This document shows positions 16,970-26,431 of a stretch of DNA of 57,877 bases, piece after piece. The notes below the pieces were generated by a model. The model did no database searches and was not told the DNA's origin. It worked only from the letters and a program-made list of their open reading frames with translations. The DNA is from Minisyncoccia bacterium (GTDB lineage Bacteria; Patescibacteriota; Minisyncoccia; Phycocordibacterales; DATGWK01), in contig JBBSOY010000002.1 in assembly GCA_038259265.1 (NCBI GenBank), positions 1 through 57,877 on the forward strand, in the 5' to 3' direction. Made by a program: the position numbers and the translations under genes. Numbering within the stretch: position 1 is the stretch's first letter; each line of letters opens with the position of its first letter.

Positions 16970-19177
16970 TTATAGCGCCCGCCCGGCTGTGCCCCATTGT
17001 GAAAGCAGGATTGAAAAGTCTACGGCGTCGACAGCATTGTCGCGGTTAATGTCGACGCAAGGATTCGCTGGTGTAATGATTGTTCGCCAGTATGAAAGTA
17101 AGATCGAAAAATCAATCGAGTTTACGAAATTGTCGTGGTTAAAATCGGCACCACGACAGACGCCTGGTGTTGGTCGTGGGGGACTTCCGCCACCTCCGCC
17201 GCCGCTGCTTGGTGGTGTTGGAGGTGTGACAGTGTCGCCGGTTACGGTGAATGTTCGTGACGAACCGGATTGTTCAGTGCCAAAATATACGACGAGTTTG
17301 AAATAGTACGAACCTGCTTCGTTGACCGTTGCGGTGAGGTTTGTGTTCCAGTCTTCACCTGGATTAATAAACTTAGCGCCGGTCGCATGATATGCGTCGT
17401 CGCCACCGCCGCAGCGATTGTTGAGATCGTCTACAACACACCATTCGTACTGATATTCATAGCCCGCCAAGCCTTCGTTTGTGATCGTAACATTTGCGCT
17501 GATGTCAGAAATAGAAGATGCGGTGACGCTGTTGATGATGACTTGGGCAGGGGAACCCGCAACCAGCCAGTAATCATTATTTGTAATAATTTTTCCGCTT
17601 TCAACCTGCGTGCTTGCAACTGTTTCCCACACACCTTGCGAAGCGGCCGAAGCAACAGAATATGTATATTCGTACAAACCGATGCCAACATGTGTCATCG
17701 AAACGGCAGAAACAGTCATATTCCGCTCGGCGTCATAGAGCGTGACGGTTGGCGCCGCGAATGGGTCGGTCGCCTCGCTCGCAGAATTCAAAACCTGCAC
17801 TCGGGCGCGATATGTTTTTCCTGCTTGGACTGAAGAATAGTCTGACATGGTCACGAACCACTGCGCATTTTGGGTTTCAAGCGAAGCGCGAGATGAAATC
17901 GTGGTGTCGATATTGTCGGCGAGTAATTTTCCGACCGAGCCAACTGACGTGAGCGAAGAGGTGAGTGAGTTCCATACATCGGCGGCGCTTAGATTATTTC
18001 CGTAGTCGGTCAGGGCTCGAGTTCCATTGGACCACACTGCCAGAGCTGCGGCATCGGCAACACTCGATGTTGCATAGTCGGTAAGTGTTCGGGTCGCCGC
18101 GCTCCAAATGTCGATTGCGGTCAGACTGCTCGTGCCGCGGGTAGAAATCTGAGCATCAATGTTGTCGGTCAGAAGTCTGCCGATGCTGCCGGCAGTAGAA
18201 AGTTCTGCCGATGCCCGGTTCCAGACTTCGTCCGCAATACTCGTGGGTGTTGCTCCGGCAGATGTAGTGATAGCAGCAGCGAGGGAAGAAGAGGCAGAGC
18301 TGACGACAGAATTTGTATTGTTATTTACGCTTGCTGTTCCTGCAGAGATTGCTGCAGCCAAAGACGTGGAAGCCGTCTGAACACTGTCTTGAATATCCGA
18401 AACTGTCGCAAGTGAGCCCGAGCTCAATGTGCCGCTGGTGAGCGTACGGCTTGCTGCTGCCCAGACATCGGTCGCTGAAATATTGTTCAAACTTGTAATG
18501 AGAGACTGGTTGGTAAGGATTTGTGAAGAAAGGCTCGAACTTGCGGCGCCAATAACAGCATTTATTGTGTTGGTGCTTGCGGCAACAGCAGCAGCGAGCG
18601 ACGACGAAGCACTTTGGACGCTCGTCTGAACGGTTGTTTGGACATCTGCCACCGTGGCAAGCGAACCGGAGTCAAGGTCGCCGCTTGTGAGCCGACGAGT
18701 CGCGGCGCCCCATACGCCCGATACTGTGTCGGCAACAAGTGTGCCGAAAGAGCTAAGTGTTCGCGAGGTGTTGCTCCACACCGCCGAAGCAATCGAGCTC
18801 GTCGAAGAAATTGTGTTTCCAACCGAAAAACTTTTGTCGACTTTTATGAGATCGCCCGTGGGAGTGCTGCCGCAGACCATGTGTGCTGGCCAAACGCCGT
18901 TGGCTGCATCAGCGTCTAGGGCTACATCGTAATAATGCCAACCGGTTGCTTCGGACGTCATGGATTGCGCATTGACGATCGTTGTGCCTGTCGGGTCAAA
19001 AACGCTCATGGTGCAGGGTGTGGTGGTTGCAGTGTAGTCGTCGTCATAGACGAATTCGCCTAGTCGAATGGTGTCGCCAGGCGCAGCAGTGTCGTATGCA
19101 GCGTGTGCGGTGGTTGCAGAAAAAACAATACAAAAAACAAAAAAAAGAAATCCGATTGTGTGTGCCCGGCTCATCAA
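16970..19177 (-). CDS. secreted repeat protein with C-terminal dockerin module
   Basis: Signal peptide, then repeated [VI]W-x4-5-R-x-L-T motifs and beta-sandwich regions. A PPTPPSSGGGGGGSPPRPTP linker precedes the duplicated Ca-binding loops DFNHDNFVNSIDFSILLSYW / DINRDNAVDAVDFSILLSQW (dockerin type). Confidence 0.7.
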   Translation of the reverse strand: MMSRAHTIGFLFFVFCIVFSATTAHAAYDTAAPGDTIRLGEFVYDDDYTATTTPCTMSVFDPTGTTIVNAQSMTSEATGWHYYDVALDADAANGVWPAHMVCGSTPTGDLIKVDKSFSVGNTISSTSSIASAVWSNTSRTLSSFGTLVADTVSGVWGAATRRLTSGDLDSGSLATVADVQTTVQTSVQSASSSLAAAVAASTNTINAVIGAASSSLSSQILTNQSLITSLNNISATDVWAAASRTLTSGTLSSGSLATVSDIQDSVQTASTSLAAAISAGTASVNNNTNSVVSSASSSLAAAITTSAGATPTSIADEVWNRASAELSTAGSIGRLLTDNIDAQISTRGTSSLTAIDIWSAATRTLTDYATSSVADAAALAVWSNGTRALTDYGNNLSAADVWNSLTSSLTSVGSVGKLLADNIDTTISSRASLETQNAQWFVTMSDYSSVQAGKTYRARVQVLNSASEATDPFAAPTVTLYDAERNMTVSAVSMTHVGIGLYEYTYSVASAASQGVWETVASTQVESGKIITNNDYWLVAGSPAQVIINSVTASSISDISANVTITNEGLAGYEYQYEWCVVDDLNNRCGGGDDAYHATGAKFINPGEDWNTNLTATVNEAGSYYFKLVVYFGTEQSGSSRTFTVTGDTVTPPTPPSSGGGGGGSPPRPTPGVCRGADFNHDNFVNSIDFSILLSYWRTIITPANPCVDINRDNAVDAVDFSILLSQWGTAGRAL

Positions 19178-19263
19178 GATATTTATTAAATTTTATTTCA
19201 TATATGGAGTGAAGTAAAGGGAAATTCTGGTTCAAACCTTGGCAATTAACATGATGTTTTGAA

Positions 19264-20115
19264 ATGTGTTGTGGTAAAATTATGGGCAATCCGGTGAAGT
19301 ACAAAATGTTTTCTTTGTTGCCGCATACGCATTCATTTAAGCTGGCTTCAGCGCATGTTTCGCGCAAGAAAAAAAGGCCTGTTACGAAGCTACTGCCCAA
19401 ATTAAAAACAAAATCGAAAGTTCAGGCAAAGACCACAGTAGTAAAAACCTCGGTAAAAGCAAAAGACTATATCGCGCTCGCGGCCAGTGTGTCTGCCCTG
19501 TCTGTCCAAAAAAATAAACAAAAAATTGCCACGGTTGAAACTACGGCCGAAAAAGTGAAGACGACCGAGAGCGCCGATGCGCAACATGTCGAGCGGATGA
19601 TCAAAGACGTCGGCGATTTTGACAAGCGTTTTTTACTCAAAATGCTTGGTGGGGCAGGAGTTGGTTTGGTGGCAGCAAGTTTGTTTCCTAAAAAAGCCGA
19701 TGCGCTTGTGGTGGGGAGTACTCCGACATCAAGCGTGGTCGGGGTAAAGGATAGTTCAAATATTCGCATTAGCCCGGCGACAGAAGAAAGTCTGCTTTCG
19801 CTTATTTCGGGACAAGGAGTAACAAAACTCACCACTTCTCTTTCGGTTTCGGGAACCATTCATACTCCGGCTTCAGGAAAAAAAATTCGTGTCTACAGCA
19901 ATCGTTTTTCTTTAACCGCCGATGCTGCTTCGGTTTCTTTTCGTTTTACGGCAGTCGGCACGGATCATGAAAAATATATTTCACCAAAAACTGGCGGACT
20001 CTATGGTGCTAACAATCATCCGAATTTTGTCGAAGGCGGCGTCGACGAGGTGTTATACTGTGTCATAACAGGCACGACAACAGTTCAGATAAATATTGAT
20101 TATTTAGAAATCTGA
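19264..20115 (+). CDS. hypothetical protein with internal Tat-like signal/TM (DFDKRFLLKMLGGAGVGLVAASLFPKKADA) and small beta domain
   Basis: 283-aa ORF. The Lys-rich first ~110 aa may not be translated; an alternative start at ATG 19597 puts the KR-F-L-L-K motif at the N-terminus. Confidence 0.5.
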   Translation: MCCGKIMGNPVKYKMFSLLPHTHSFKLASAHVSRKKKRPVTKLLPKLKTKSKVQAKTTVVKTSVKAKDYIALAASVSALSVQKNKQKIATVETTAEKVKTTESADAQHVERMIKDVGDFDKRFLLKMLGGAGVGLVAASLFPKKADALVVGSTPTSSVVGVKDSSNIRISPATEESLLSLISGQGVTKLTTSLSVSGTIHTPASGKKIRVYSNRFSLTADAASVSFRFTAVGTDHEKYISPKTGGLYGANNHPNFVEGGVDEVLYCVITGTTTVQINIDYLEI

Positions 20116-20139
20116 TTTAATTTTTTTATTTCTATTATT

Positions 20140-22263
20140 ATGGCCAAAAAGGCAGTTGAGCATACATTTACAGGGCAGACAGTGACGTACACAAGTTACG
20201 ACGCTACAAAAACTATGCTTGGCGACTTGATTTTGCAAAAGACTGGCCCGCTCGCCACCGACAAATTTGCAGGACCTTTTCCGATCACTCTTGCGCGCCC
20301 GATGGAAGCCTCGACCGCTATAGCGTCCCAGTATCCGCATGTAATCCCTTGGAGTGACACTATTGATTGGATTTTTATGGCCGAGCTTTCAACGGCGGGT
20401 GCCACGCGTCGAGTCATTAAATATGAATATAACAAGCTCACTCAGTCTATGGCATGGAGTGGTTTTATTTTGCTGACCCTGCCCACTGCCACGGCCCACA
20501 CAATTCGTGGTCTTCGTGTGGTGCCGCATTTGTATACCACTGGCACAGTTGCTGTTTCAGATGTAGACGTGACTGGTACGGGCACCGCGTGGCAGACCGC
20601 TCGATACGCTGCTGGTGCAAGAATTGGTTTCGGCACGACCGACCCAACCGTGGTTGCAACCTGGTACTACATTACGACCATCAACAGCAATACGTCGATC
20701 ACTTTGCAGGGTTCGGCACCCACGTTTTCTGCTGGTACCGATTTTGTGATCGAGGAATTGCGTGTGTATGTTTCAACTACCAATGCCACGACGGCAAACG
20801 GGGGATTGTTTGTAGCAAAAGGGATAAATGCCGACGATTTTGCGGCTGCAGGTACGACTGTCGCTGCCGCTACAACTACAGATAATTTAAAAGCGGTGTA
20901 TTGGCTCGCCGACGCATCTACGGTTTTAAATATTCAAGCCGGCGGGTTAACTATTAGCGATACCTATTCAGACACGAGTCATTATATGTATGTTATTAAT
21001 GCAGACACCACGACCACGATGCGCATATATAAATACGACGGCCGAGCCGCACTCTCGGGCCTTTCGTCGGGCAAATCTACTTCAGCATTCCTGCTCCGAA
21101 CGGGCCAACAATCAGTGACAGGTACCATTAGCCAAACAAACGCTGGTCGTATTGCAACCACAAGCCATGGTCCGGGCGCTGGTGTTTCGTGTTTGTACAC
21201 CGTTACAACTACGCGTATTTTGCGAATCATTGAGGCGGGTATTACCGACGCAAATACGACATATGTAACCGACGCCATGTCCGAAATCCCGACCGGCTCC
21301 GCCAATACATTTGCCATTAATTCAGCGATTTCTTCGATCGAATATACAAGTCTTATCGACCGCTTTGTGGTAACGACCGGTGCCAGTCAGCGTAATTACG
21401 TCACAAAGTACGACACCTCCTCGGTGGCGTTTGACCATGTCATGTTTTCGGATAATAAGCAGCTCAATCACACTCTTTCAGACGATGGTTTGACACCCTT
21501 TCCAACAACAACATCTGCAGGTTTTTCTGTGTGGGTCGAAGGTGGAAGAGGGTATTTTGCTCGAACCGGAACAACCTCAATTATTAATCAACTCTATGTC
21601 GTTCCGATCGGCGCTCAGTGGGATTATGCGCTCACAACAAACAATCGGCTTATTACACCTGAGCTCAGTACGGTTGGAGCGAGCAGATTTTATCGGGTCT
21701 ATGTAAACTCTGAACGAAATCTCGGCTCAGACAATCTCGGTTTGCCGCCAGAACCGTTTCGGGTGTATTACCGCACAAGCGGCATTGTGGACGATTCCGG
21801 TGCTTGGACATTACTGAGTAGTGTCGGCGATCTTTCGAGTATCACTGCTGTCGACAGTATTCAGTTCATGATCGAATTTCGAATTTTTGGCACAACAGCG
21901 ATTCCCGCACGAATTTACGGCCTGACTTTTATTTATGAAGACGATGCGACGGATTCGCACTATCAGCCATCGGTTGGCAATTCAAGTATCGCCGACAAAC
22001 AATTTGCCTGGAGATTTTCTTCGGCTTTTGGCGACACGGTCCCGCCACTGCGAGTGCGTTTGTACGACGCCGTCAACAACAATTTGCTTGTCGATGACAC
22101 AAGTGACAGCCCAACAGGTACTTGGGAAAAATCCATAGACGACGGCGAGAATTGGATCGCATACGATACAGATGATCGTGCAAACAGTACGACGTACATT
22201 CGCTACACGCCGGCAAGTCTTGGAAACGACATAAAAGTTCGAGCACTTTTGACGCAAAATTAA
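20140..22263 (+). CDS. large Thr/Ser/Ala-rich hypothetical protein, no signal peptide
   Basis: 707-aa uninterrupted ORF starting 24 nt after the preceding gene. No motif recognised; composition suggests an all-beta fold. Confidence 0.6.
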   Translation: MAKKAVEHTFTGQTVTYTSYDATKTMLGDLILQKTGPLATDKFAGPFPITLARPMEASTAIASQYPHVIPWSDTIDWIFMAELSTAGATRRVIKYEYNKLTQSMAWSGFILLTLPTATAHTIRGLRVVPHLYTTGTVAVSDVDVTGTGTAWQTARYAAGARIGFGTTDPTVVATWYYITTINSNTSITLQGSAPTFSAGTDFVIEELRVYVSTTNATTANGGLFVAKGINADDFAAAGTTVAAATTTDNLKAVYWLADASTVLNIQAGGLTISDTYSDTSHYMYVINADTTTTMRIYKYDGRAALSGLSSGKSTSAFLLRTGQQSVTGTISQTNAGRIATTSHGPGAGVSCLYTVTTTRILRIIEAGITDANTTYVTDAMSEIPTGSANTFAINSAISSIEYTSLIDRFVVTTGASQRNYVTKYDTSSVAFDHVMFSDNKQLNHTLSDDGLTPFPTTTSAGFSVWVEGGRGYFARTGTTSIINQLYVVPIGAQWDYALTTNNRLITPELSTVGASRFYRVYVNSERNLGSDNLGLPPEPFRVYYRTSGIVDDSGAWTLLSSVGDLSSITAVDSIQFMIEFRIFGTTAIPARIYGLTFIYEDDATDSHYQPSVGNSSIADKQFAWRFSSAFGDTVPPLRVRLYDAVNNNLLVDDTSDSPTGTWEKSIDDGENWIAYDTDDRANSTTYIRYTPASLGNDIKVRALLTQN

Positions 22264-22302
22264 ACAACGTAGTGCATTATTTTTTATAAAATTTTTACAC
22301 CC

Positions 22303-23049
22303 ATGATACGCGTACAAAATGGTCAGTCGGTAAAGGATAATATGGACTACGTCGTTGTGGTACCAACAGGTGACTACGAACCCGTCGATCTTTTGCAGTG
22401 TGCACGAAAGGGTGAAAACGGGGAAGTGACTTGCATGTTTCAGACACAGTGTGTGGTGTATGGAAATATGGTGTATCAACAGGACGTGCCATTGACCGCA
22501 GCTCAGGTGCGGGCGCTCGAAAACGGTACGCCGATAGACGAAGTCATAAACAACAAGATGCTTATGGTGACTGTTGGTGTGATTGCGGGCGATATCGTGG
22601 GTACCGATGGGGTGCTTGTGGAAGCTCAGATCGATGCTGTTCCTGATACTGATATTTTGCCCGAAGACGAGCTTGACCAGGAACCAGATGACGAGCCAGA
22701 CGAGGAACCAAAACAAAACTCAAATCCCAACCCCAAAGAGTCTGAAGACCAAATAACACCAGTAGATATTTCTCCAGACCTGGTTGATCCGCCGCTTGTG
22801 CCTCTCGACGCCACCACAACCTCGGATATCTCCATCGACACGTCAACGACCACTGCAGAAATCATCGATGAGGCGCTACAAGAAAAAATTATTGATTCGG
22901 TTACACCAACCTCCGCGTCAACATCCTCAACCACAGACGGAGTTCTGTTGAATATGAAAAAAATAAAAACCAATGTTGCAAAAGCGGTGGTCAAGTCCGG
23001 TAAAAAAATTGCAATGAAGAAAATTCAAAATATTCGCCGCAAAGCCTAA
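22303..23049 (+). CDS. hypothetical acidic protein with basic C-terminal tail
   Basis: 248 aa with a D/E/P/T-rich centre and a Lys-rich end (KKIKTNVAKAVVKSGKKIAMKKIQNIRRKA). Confidence 0.5.
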   Translation: MIRVQNGQSVKDNMDYVVVVPTGDYEPVDLLQCARKGENGEVTCMFQTQCVVYGNMVYQQDVPLTAAQVRALENGTPIDEVINNKMLMVTVGVIAGDIVGTDGVLVEAQIDAVPDTDILPEDELDQEPDDEPDEEPKQNSNPNPKESEDQITPVDISPDLVDPPLVPLDATTTSDISIDTSTTTAEIIDEALQEKIIDSVTPTSASTSSTTDGVLLNMKKIKTNVAKAVVKSGKKIAMKKIQNIRRKA

Positions 23050-23063
23050 TCCTCACCATTCGT

Positions 23064-23237
23064 ATGGCACTTACAGATATTAATTTTCAAGCAGGGGACG
23101 GGGAAGTTTTTTTATTTGAATTGCTGCCGGGAACGCTCAACTCACCCAATGATATTGTCATAAAAAATAGCGACACATATCCGGTAACCGAAGTCGAGGG
23201 CACAGACGGGTCGAATATTTTCATTATGTCCGAATAA
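23064..23237 (+). CDS. small hypothetical protein (57 aa)
   Basis: Hand-translated ORF (MALTDINFQAGDGEVFLFELLPG...) that fills the gap between the acidic protein gene and tatC. It is below the ORF-track size cutoff. Confidence 0.3.
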   Translation: MALTDINFQAGDGEVFLFELLPGTLNSPNDIVIKNSDTYPVTEVEGTDGSNIFIMSE

Positions 23238-23250
23238 TTCAGTTACTGTC

Positions 23251-23976
23251 GTGTCGAATTTTACCGAAAACGTAAAAAAATACCTTCCATATCTTGAAGA
23301 TCTGCGGCGGCGCCTGTATCGGCTCGTTATTCTGTTTGTTGTGGTGTTTGTTGCCGGTTTTTTGTCGTCAGGTTTTTTTCTCGGTACATTCGTGTCGTAT
23401 TTCGATATTCCAAATGTGCTGATCGCCACAACGTCACCGTTTCAGTTTGCCAATATTGCGATGGACGTCGGATTTTTCTTTGCGATTATTATCACTCTGC
23501 CCATGCTCATGTGTCAGTTGTTTCTTTTTGTTGCGCCTGCGCTTACAAGGAAAGAAAAAAACAGCCTGCTTTTTTCTGTGCCGGTTAGTCTCGTTCTTTT
23601 TTTGGGTGGTTTTGCCTACGGATTTTTTGTCCTCCATTATTCCTTCGGCCTTTTGGCTAAACTTAATGAAAGTCTCGGCATTAGAAACATCTGGGACATT
23701 GGCTCTTTTTTGTCTCAGTTGTTCATCACATCTTCGCTTTTGGGTATCGTCTTTCAATTTCCGATCGTTCTCACCTTTCTCTTCAAAATGGGTCTGTTAA
23801 GCGTCGATTTTTTGCGCCAAAAACGCCGGTTGGCCTATTTTTTAGTGTTTGTCCTTGTTTCTTTACTTCCCCCAACCGATGGCCTATCATTATTGGCAAT
23901 GGGGTTGCCGTTAGTCGTTTTATACGAAGTCACCATATTAATAAATCGTAATACAAAAAAAATATGTTTGGATTAG
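23251..23976 (+). CDS. tatC: Sec-independent protein translocase TatC
   Basis: 241 aa with 6 TM helices and typical TatC N-terminal and C-terminal regions (HLEDLRRRL-like, LLPPTDGLS). GTG start. Confidence 0.8.
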   Translation: MSNFTENVKKYLPYLEDLRRRLYRLVILFVVVFVAGFLSSGFFLGTFVSYFDIPNVLIATTSPFQFANIAMDVGFFFAIIITLPMLMCQLFLFVAPALTRKEKNSLLFSVPVSLVLFLGGFAYGFFVLHYSFGLLAKLNESLGIRNIWDIGSFLSQLFITSSLLGIVFQFPIVLTFLFKMGLLSVDFLRQKRRLAYFLVFVLVSLLPPTDGLSLLAMGLPLVVLYEVTILINRNTKKICLD

Positions 23977-24134
23977 GAACCAGAGAGCTCATCATCATTG
24001 CTGTTATCGCCATCCTTTTGTTTGGTTCGAAAAAGATTCCGGAACTTTCAAAGAGTGTTGTCGAAGCCATCCGCCACATGCGAGGAGCTTTCAAAGACGA
24101 AGACAAGACCGCCGAAAGCAAGAAGGGAAAATAA
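23964..24134 (+). CDS. tatA: Sec-independent translocase TatA/E
   Basis: Hand-translated 56 aa: MFGLGTRELIIIAVIAILLFGSKKIPELSKSVVEAIRHMRGAFKDE. This is a TM helix followed by FG-x-KK-(I/L)PEL and an amphipathic helix. It overlaps the tatC end by 13 nt. Confidence 0.85.
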   Translation: MFGLGTRELIIIAVIAILLFGSKKIPELSKSVVEAIRHMRGAFKDEDKTAESKKGK

Positions 24135-24197
24135 GACTGTTTATAAAAACGCTGACTTAAAAGTCTGCGTTTTTCGTTTGCGCCGCACCATGTTTCT

Positions 24198-24368
24198 ATG
24201 AATCCAAAAACACAATTTTTAATTGTCTTGTTTCTCGTTGGGGTTGTGGCATCCATCGCATTGTACGCATTAAAAAATGATGTCGGTGCGCCAACGCGAG
24301 TTACGGTGCCCGATTCATTTGAATTACCGTTAACGACTTCAACTGTACAGATACGATATACAAAATAA
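24198..24368 (+). CDS. small single-TM protein (56 aa)
   Basis: Hand-translated MNPKTQFLIVLFLVGVVASIALYAL... No homology recognised. Confidence 0.3.
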   Translation: MNPKTQFLIVLFLVGVVASIALYALKNDVGAPTRVTVPDSFELPLTTSTVQIRYTK

Positions 24369-24439
24369 AATTGTCAAAAAAACCATGAATACATTTACCT
24401 CACAGAAATTGGGCTAAATCGAATTCTATAACACCCTTT

Positions 24440-25315
24440 TTATTTCAGATGAAGAAATTTTGCAGAAAATAGGCGCTTCGAATACAGCCGCGTAATGATT
24501 GCACTCAAAAAGAAAATCTGAGACATGTAGTTTACCCACACGATGAGCAGGACGAGTGCCGAAGCGCCGCCGAAAGCGTTGAAAGCTTTTGAAGATCCAA
24601 GGTACAGGCCGAGGACGTATTTGCCAACACTAAAAAGAACGCTCGTAATCGCTCCACCAAGGAGCGCCGATTTCCAATCGAGACGTTTTGTCGGCAGAAA
24701 TTTATACAGCAGAGCAAAAAAGAAGGCGATTATTCCAAATGAAACGAGTAGTTCGACACTTCTAAAAAGCACGACGACACCAGGAAGAATACCGTGAGCC
24801 ATATCTGAAAGAAAAGAAATGAAAGTGCTGGCAATAAGTGAAGCGAGCAGCAGAAAACCAACTGAAAGTACCATGCCAAAAGACAGGAGCTTTTGACGAA
24901 TCGTTCGCCAAAAACCTTCTTTGCCTTTGTTCGGCAGATTTTCGAAAATGGTGTTGAGCGCCGTCTGTAATTGCGTAAAAATACCCGTCGCGCCGACTAA
25001 AATAACGATAAATCCAAAAAAAATAAAAGCAATGCTTGCTTCGTTTGGAATTTTTGCATTCACGAGCGCTTCAATAAAAGCCGCGCCATTTTGGCCGAAA
25101 GTCGCCTGAAACTGGCTGATGATGGCGCGCTCTGTTTCCATTTTGTCCAAGACGAGCGAAGCAATGCTAATCGAAATCACAAGCAGGGGAGCAATCGAAA
25201 AAATTGTATAGTACGCAACCGCAGCGCCAAAAGTGCTCGTTTTGGAGTCACTCCAGATGGCGCCAATTTTTCGCACCTCTTTTAATCCAGCGCCGCCGAT
25301 TTTTTTAAATGTCAT
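24440..25315 (-). CDS. YihY/BrkB family membrane protein
   Basis: FGAAVAYYTIFSIAPLLVISISIA and the overall 6-TM layout are typical of the YihY family. Confidence 0.75.
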   Translation of the reverse strand: MTFKKIGGAGLKEVRKIGAIWSDSKTSTFGAAVAYYTIFSIAPLLVISISIASLVLDKMETERAIISQFQATFGQNGAAFIEALVNAKIPNEASIAFIFFGFIVILVGATGIFTQLQTALNTIFENLPNKGKEGFWRTIRQKLLSFGMVLSVGFLLLASLIASTFISFLSDMAHGILPGVVVLFRSVELLVSFGIIAFFFALLYKFLPTKRLDWKSALLGGAITSVLFSVGKYVLGLYLGSSKAFNAFGGASALVLLIVWVNYMSQIFFLSAIITRLYSKRLFSAKFLHLK

Positions 25316-25429
25316 ACGACCACTGTATCGCGAGTAGAAAAAATTTCAAAACCTGTGCACGTTGGCTCCATATCGCGCTAAAATGTGCGCTATACTGGTG
25401 GTATACATTACAATTTTTAAATCAGTACC

Positions 25430-26401
25430 ATGTACCTAAAAGAAATTAAATATCTCGGTTTTGCGTTCCTAGCTTCATTTATTGTTTTTGTTTCTGGCTT
25501 CGCGCCGTCTGCAGTAGCGCAAGCTCAAGTTGGAGCAATCACTCCTTGCACATTTTCTCAAAATCTTGAAGTTGGCGTTGTGAGCGAAGAAGTGCGCTGC
25601 CTTCAGAAATATTTGAATGAAAATAGTTTTAAAATTGCTGACTCCGGCGTAGGTTCTTTGGGAAGCGAAACCACCATGTTTGGCGGTCTCACAAAAGAGG
25701 CGGTAAAACGATGGCAGGGTGCAAACGGGGTGACTCCAACAGGAACATTTGGCCCGCTTTCTCAGGAAGCGTACTTGAAAAGTATTGCGGCGCTTTTGAC
25801 CGCTCAGGTTTCAAGTATGACTCCAGCTATGAATGTTATGACGTCCGTATCGAGCGCCGATGCCACGGTGTCGCTTGCTCCTGCGCAAACTGAAAAAACG
25901 AAACTTGAAAAGGAGGCACGAAAGGCAATTCTTGATGCACGTAATCTGTATGAAAAAGCAAAAGACGATGTCGATGATGCTGATGACAATGATATTGATA
26001 TTGACGATGCGAATGACGACATCGACGACGCCGAAGAAGATTTGATCAAAGCGCTCTATGAATTCATTGATGAAGACTACAGTCGAGCGATCACCCATGC
26101 CAAAGATGTGAGTGAATCAATGAAAAATATTTTGGATGACTTGCATGGTGACGATGGCGACGCCGAGAATGCAATTGATGATGCAAAAGATGCGATCGAC
26201 AATGCTAAAGATGAAATTGAAGATGCATATAACGACGGTGACCGTGTCGACCGTGCCCGAGAGTTGCTTGACGACGCCGAAGACAAACTTAATGATGCCG
26301 AAGACGCATTCGACGACGAAGATTTCGACGAAGCAGAGGATTTAGCAAATGACGCCGAGGACCTTGCGGACGATGCAATAGATGCAATCGGTCAGCGCTA
26401 G
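25430..26401 (+). CDS. secreted PG-binding-domain protein with long poly-acidic helical tail
   Basis: Signal peptide, then CLQKYLNENSF...LTKEAVKRWQGANGVTPTGTFGP (PG_binding_1-like). About 170 aa of D/E/A repeats follow. Confidence 0.6.
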   Translation: MYLKEIKYLGFAFLASFIVFVSGFAPSAVAQAQVGAITPCTFSQNLEVGVVSEEVRCLQKYLNENSFKIADSGVGSLGSETTMFGGLTKEAVKRWQGANGVTPTGTFGPLSQEAYLKSIAALLTAQVSSMTPAMNVMTSVSSADATVSLAPAQTEKTKLEKEARKAILDARNLYEKAKDDVDDADDNDIDIDDANDDIDDAEEDLIKALYEFIDEDYSRAITHAKDVSESMKNILDDLHGDDGDAENAIDDAKDAIDNAKDEIEDAYNDGDRVDRARELLDDAEDKLNDAEDAFDDEDFDEAEDLANDAEDLADDAIDAIGQR

Positions 26402-26431
26402 TTTCAAAAATTTACTCCTAAAATAAAAAAA

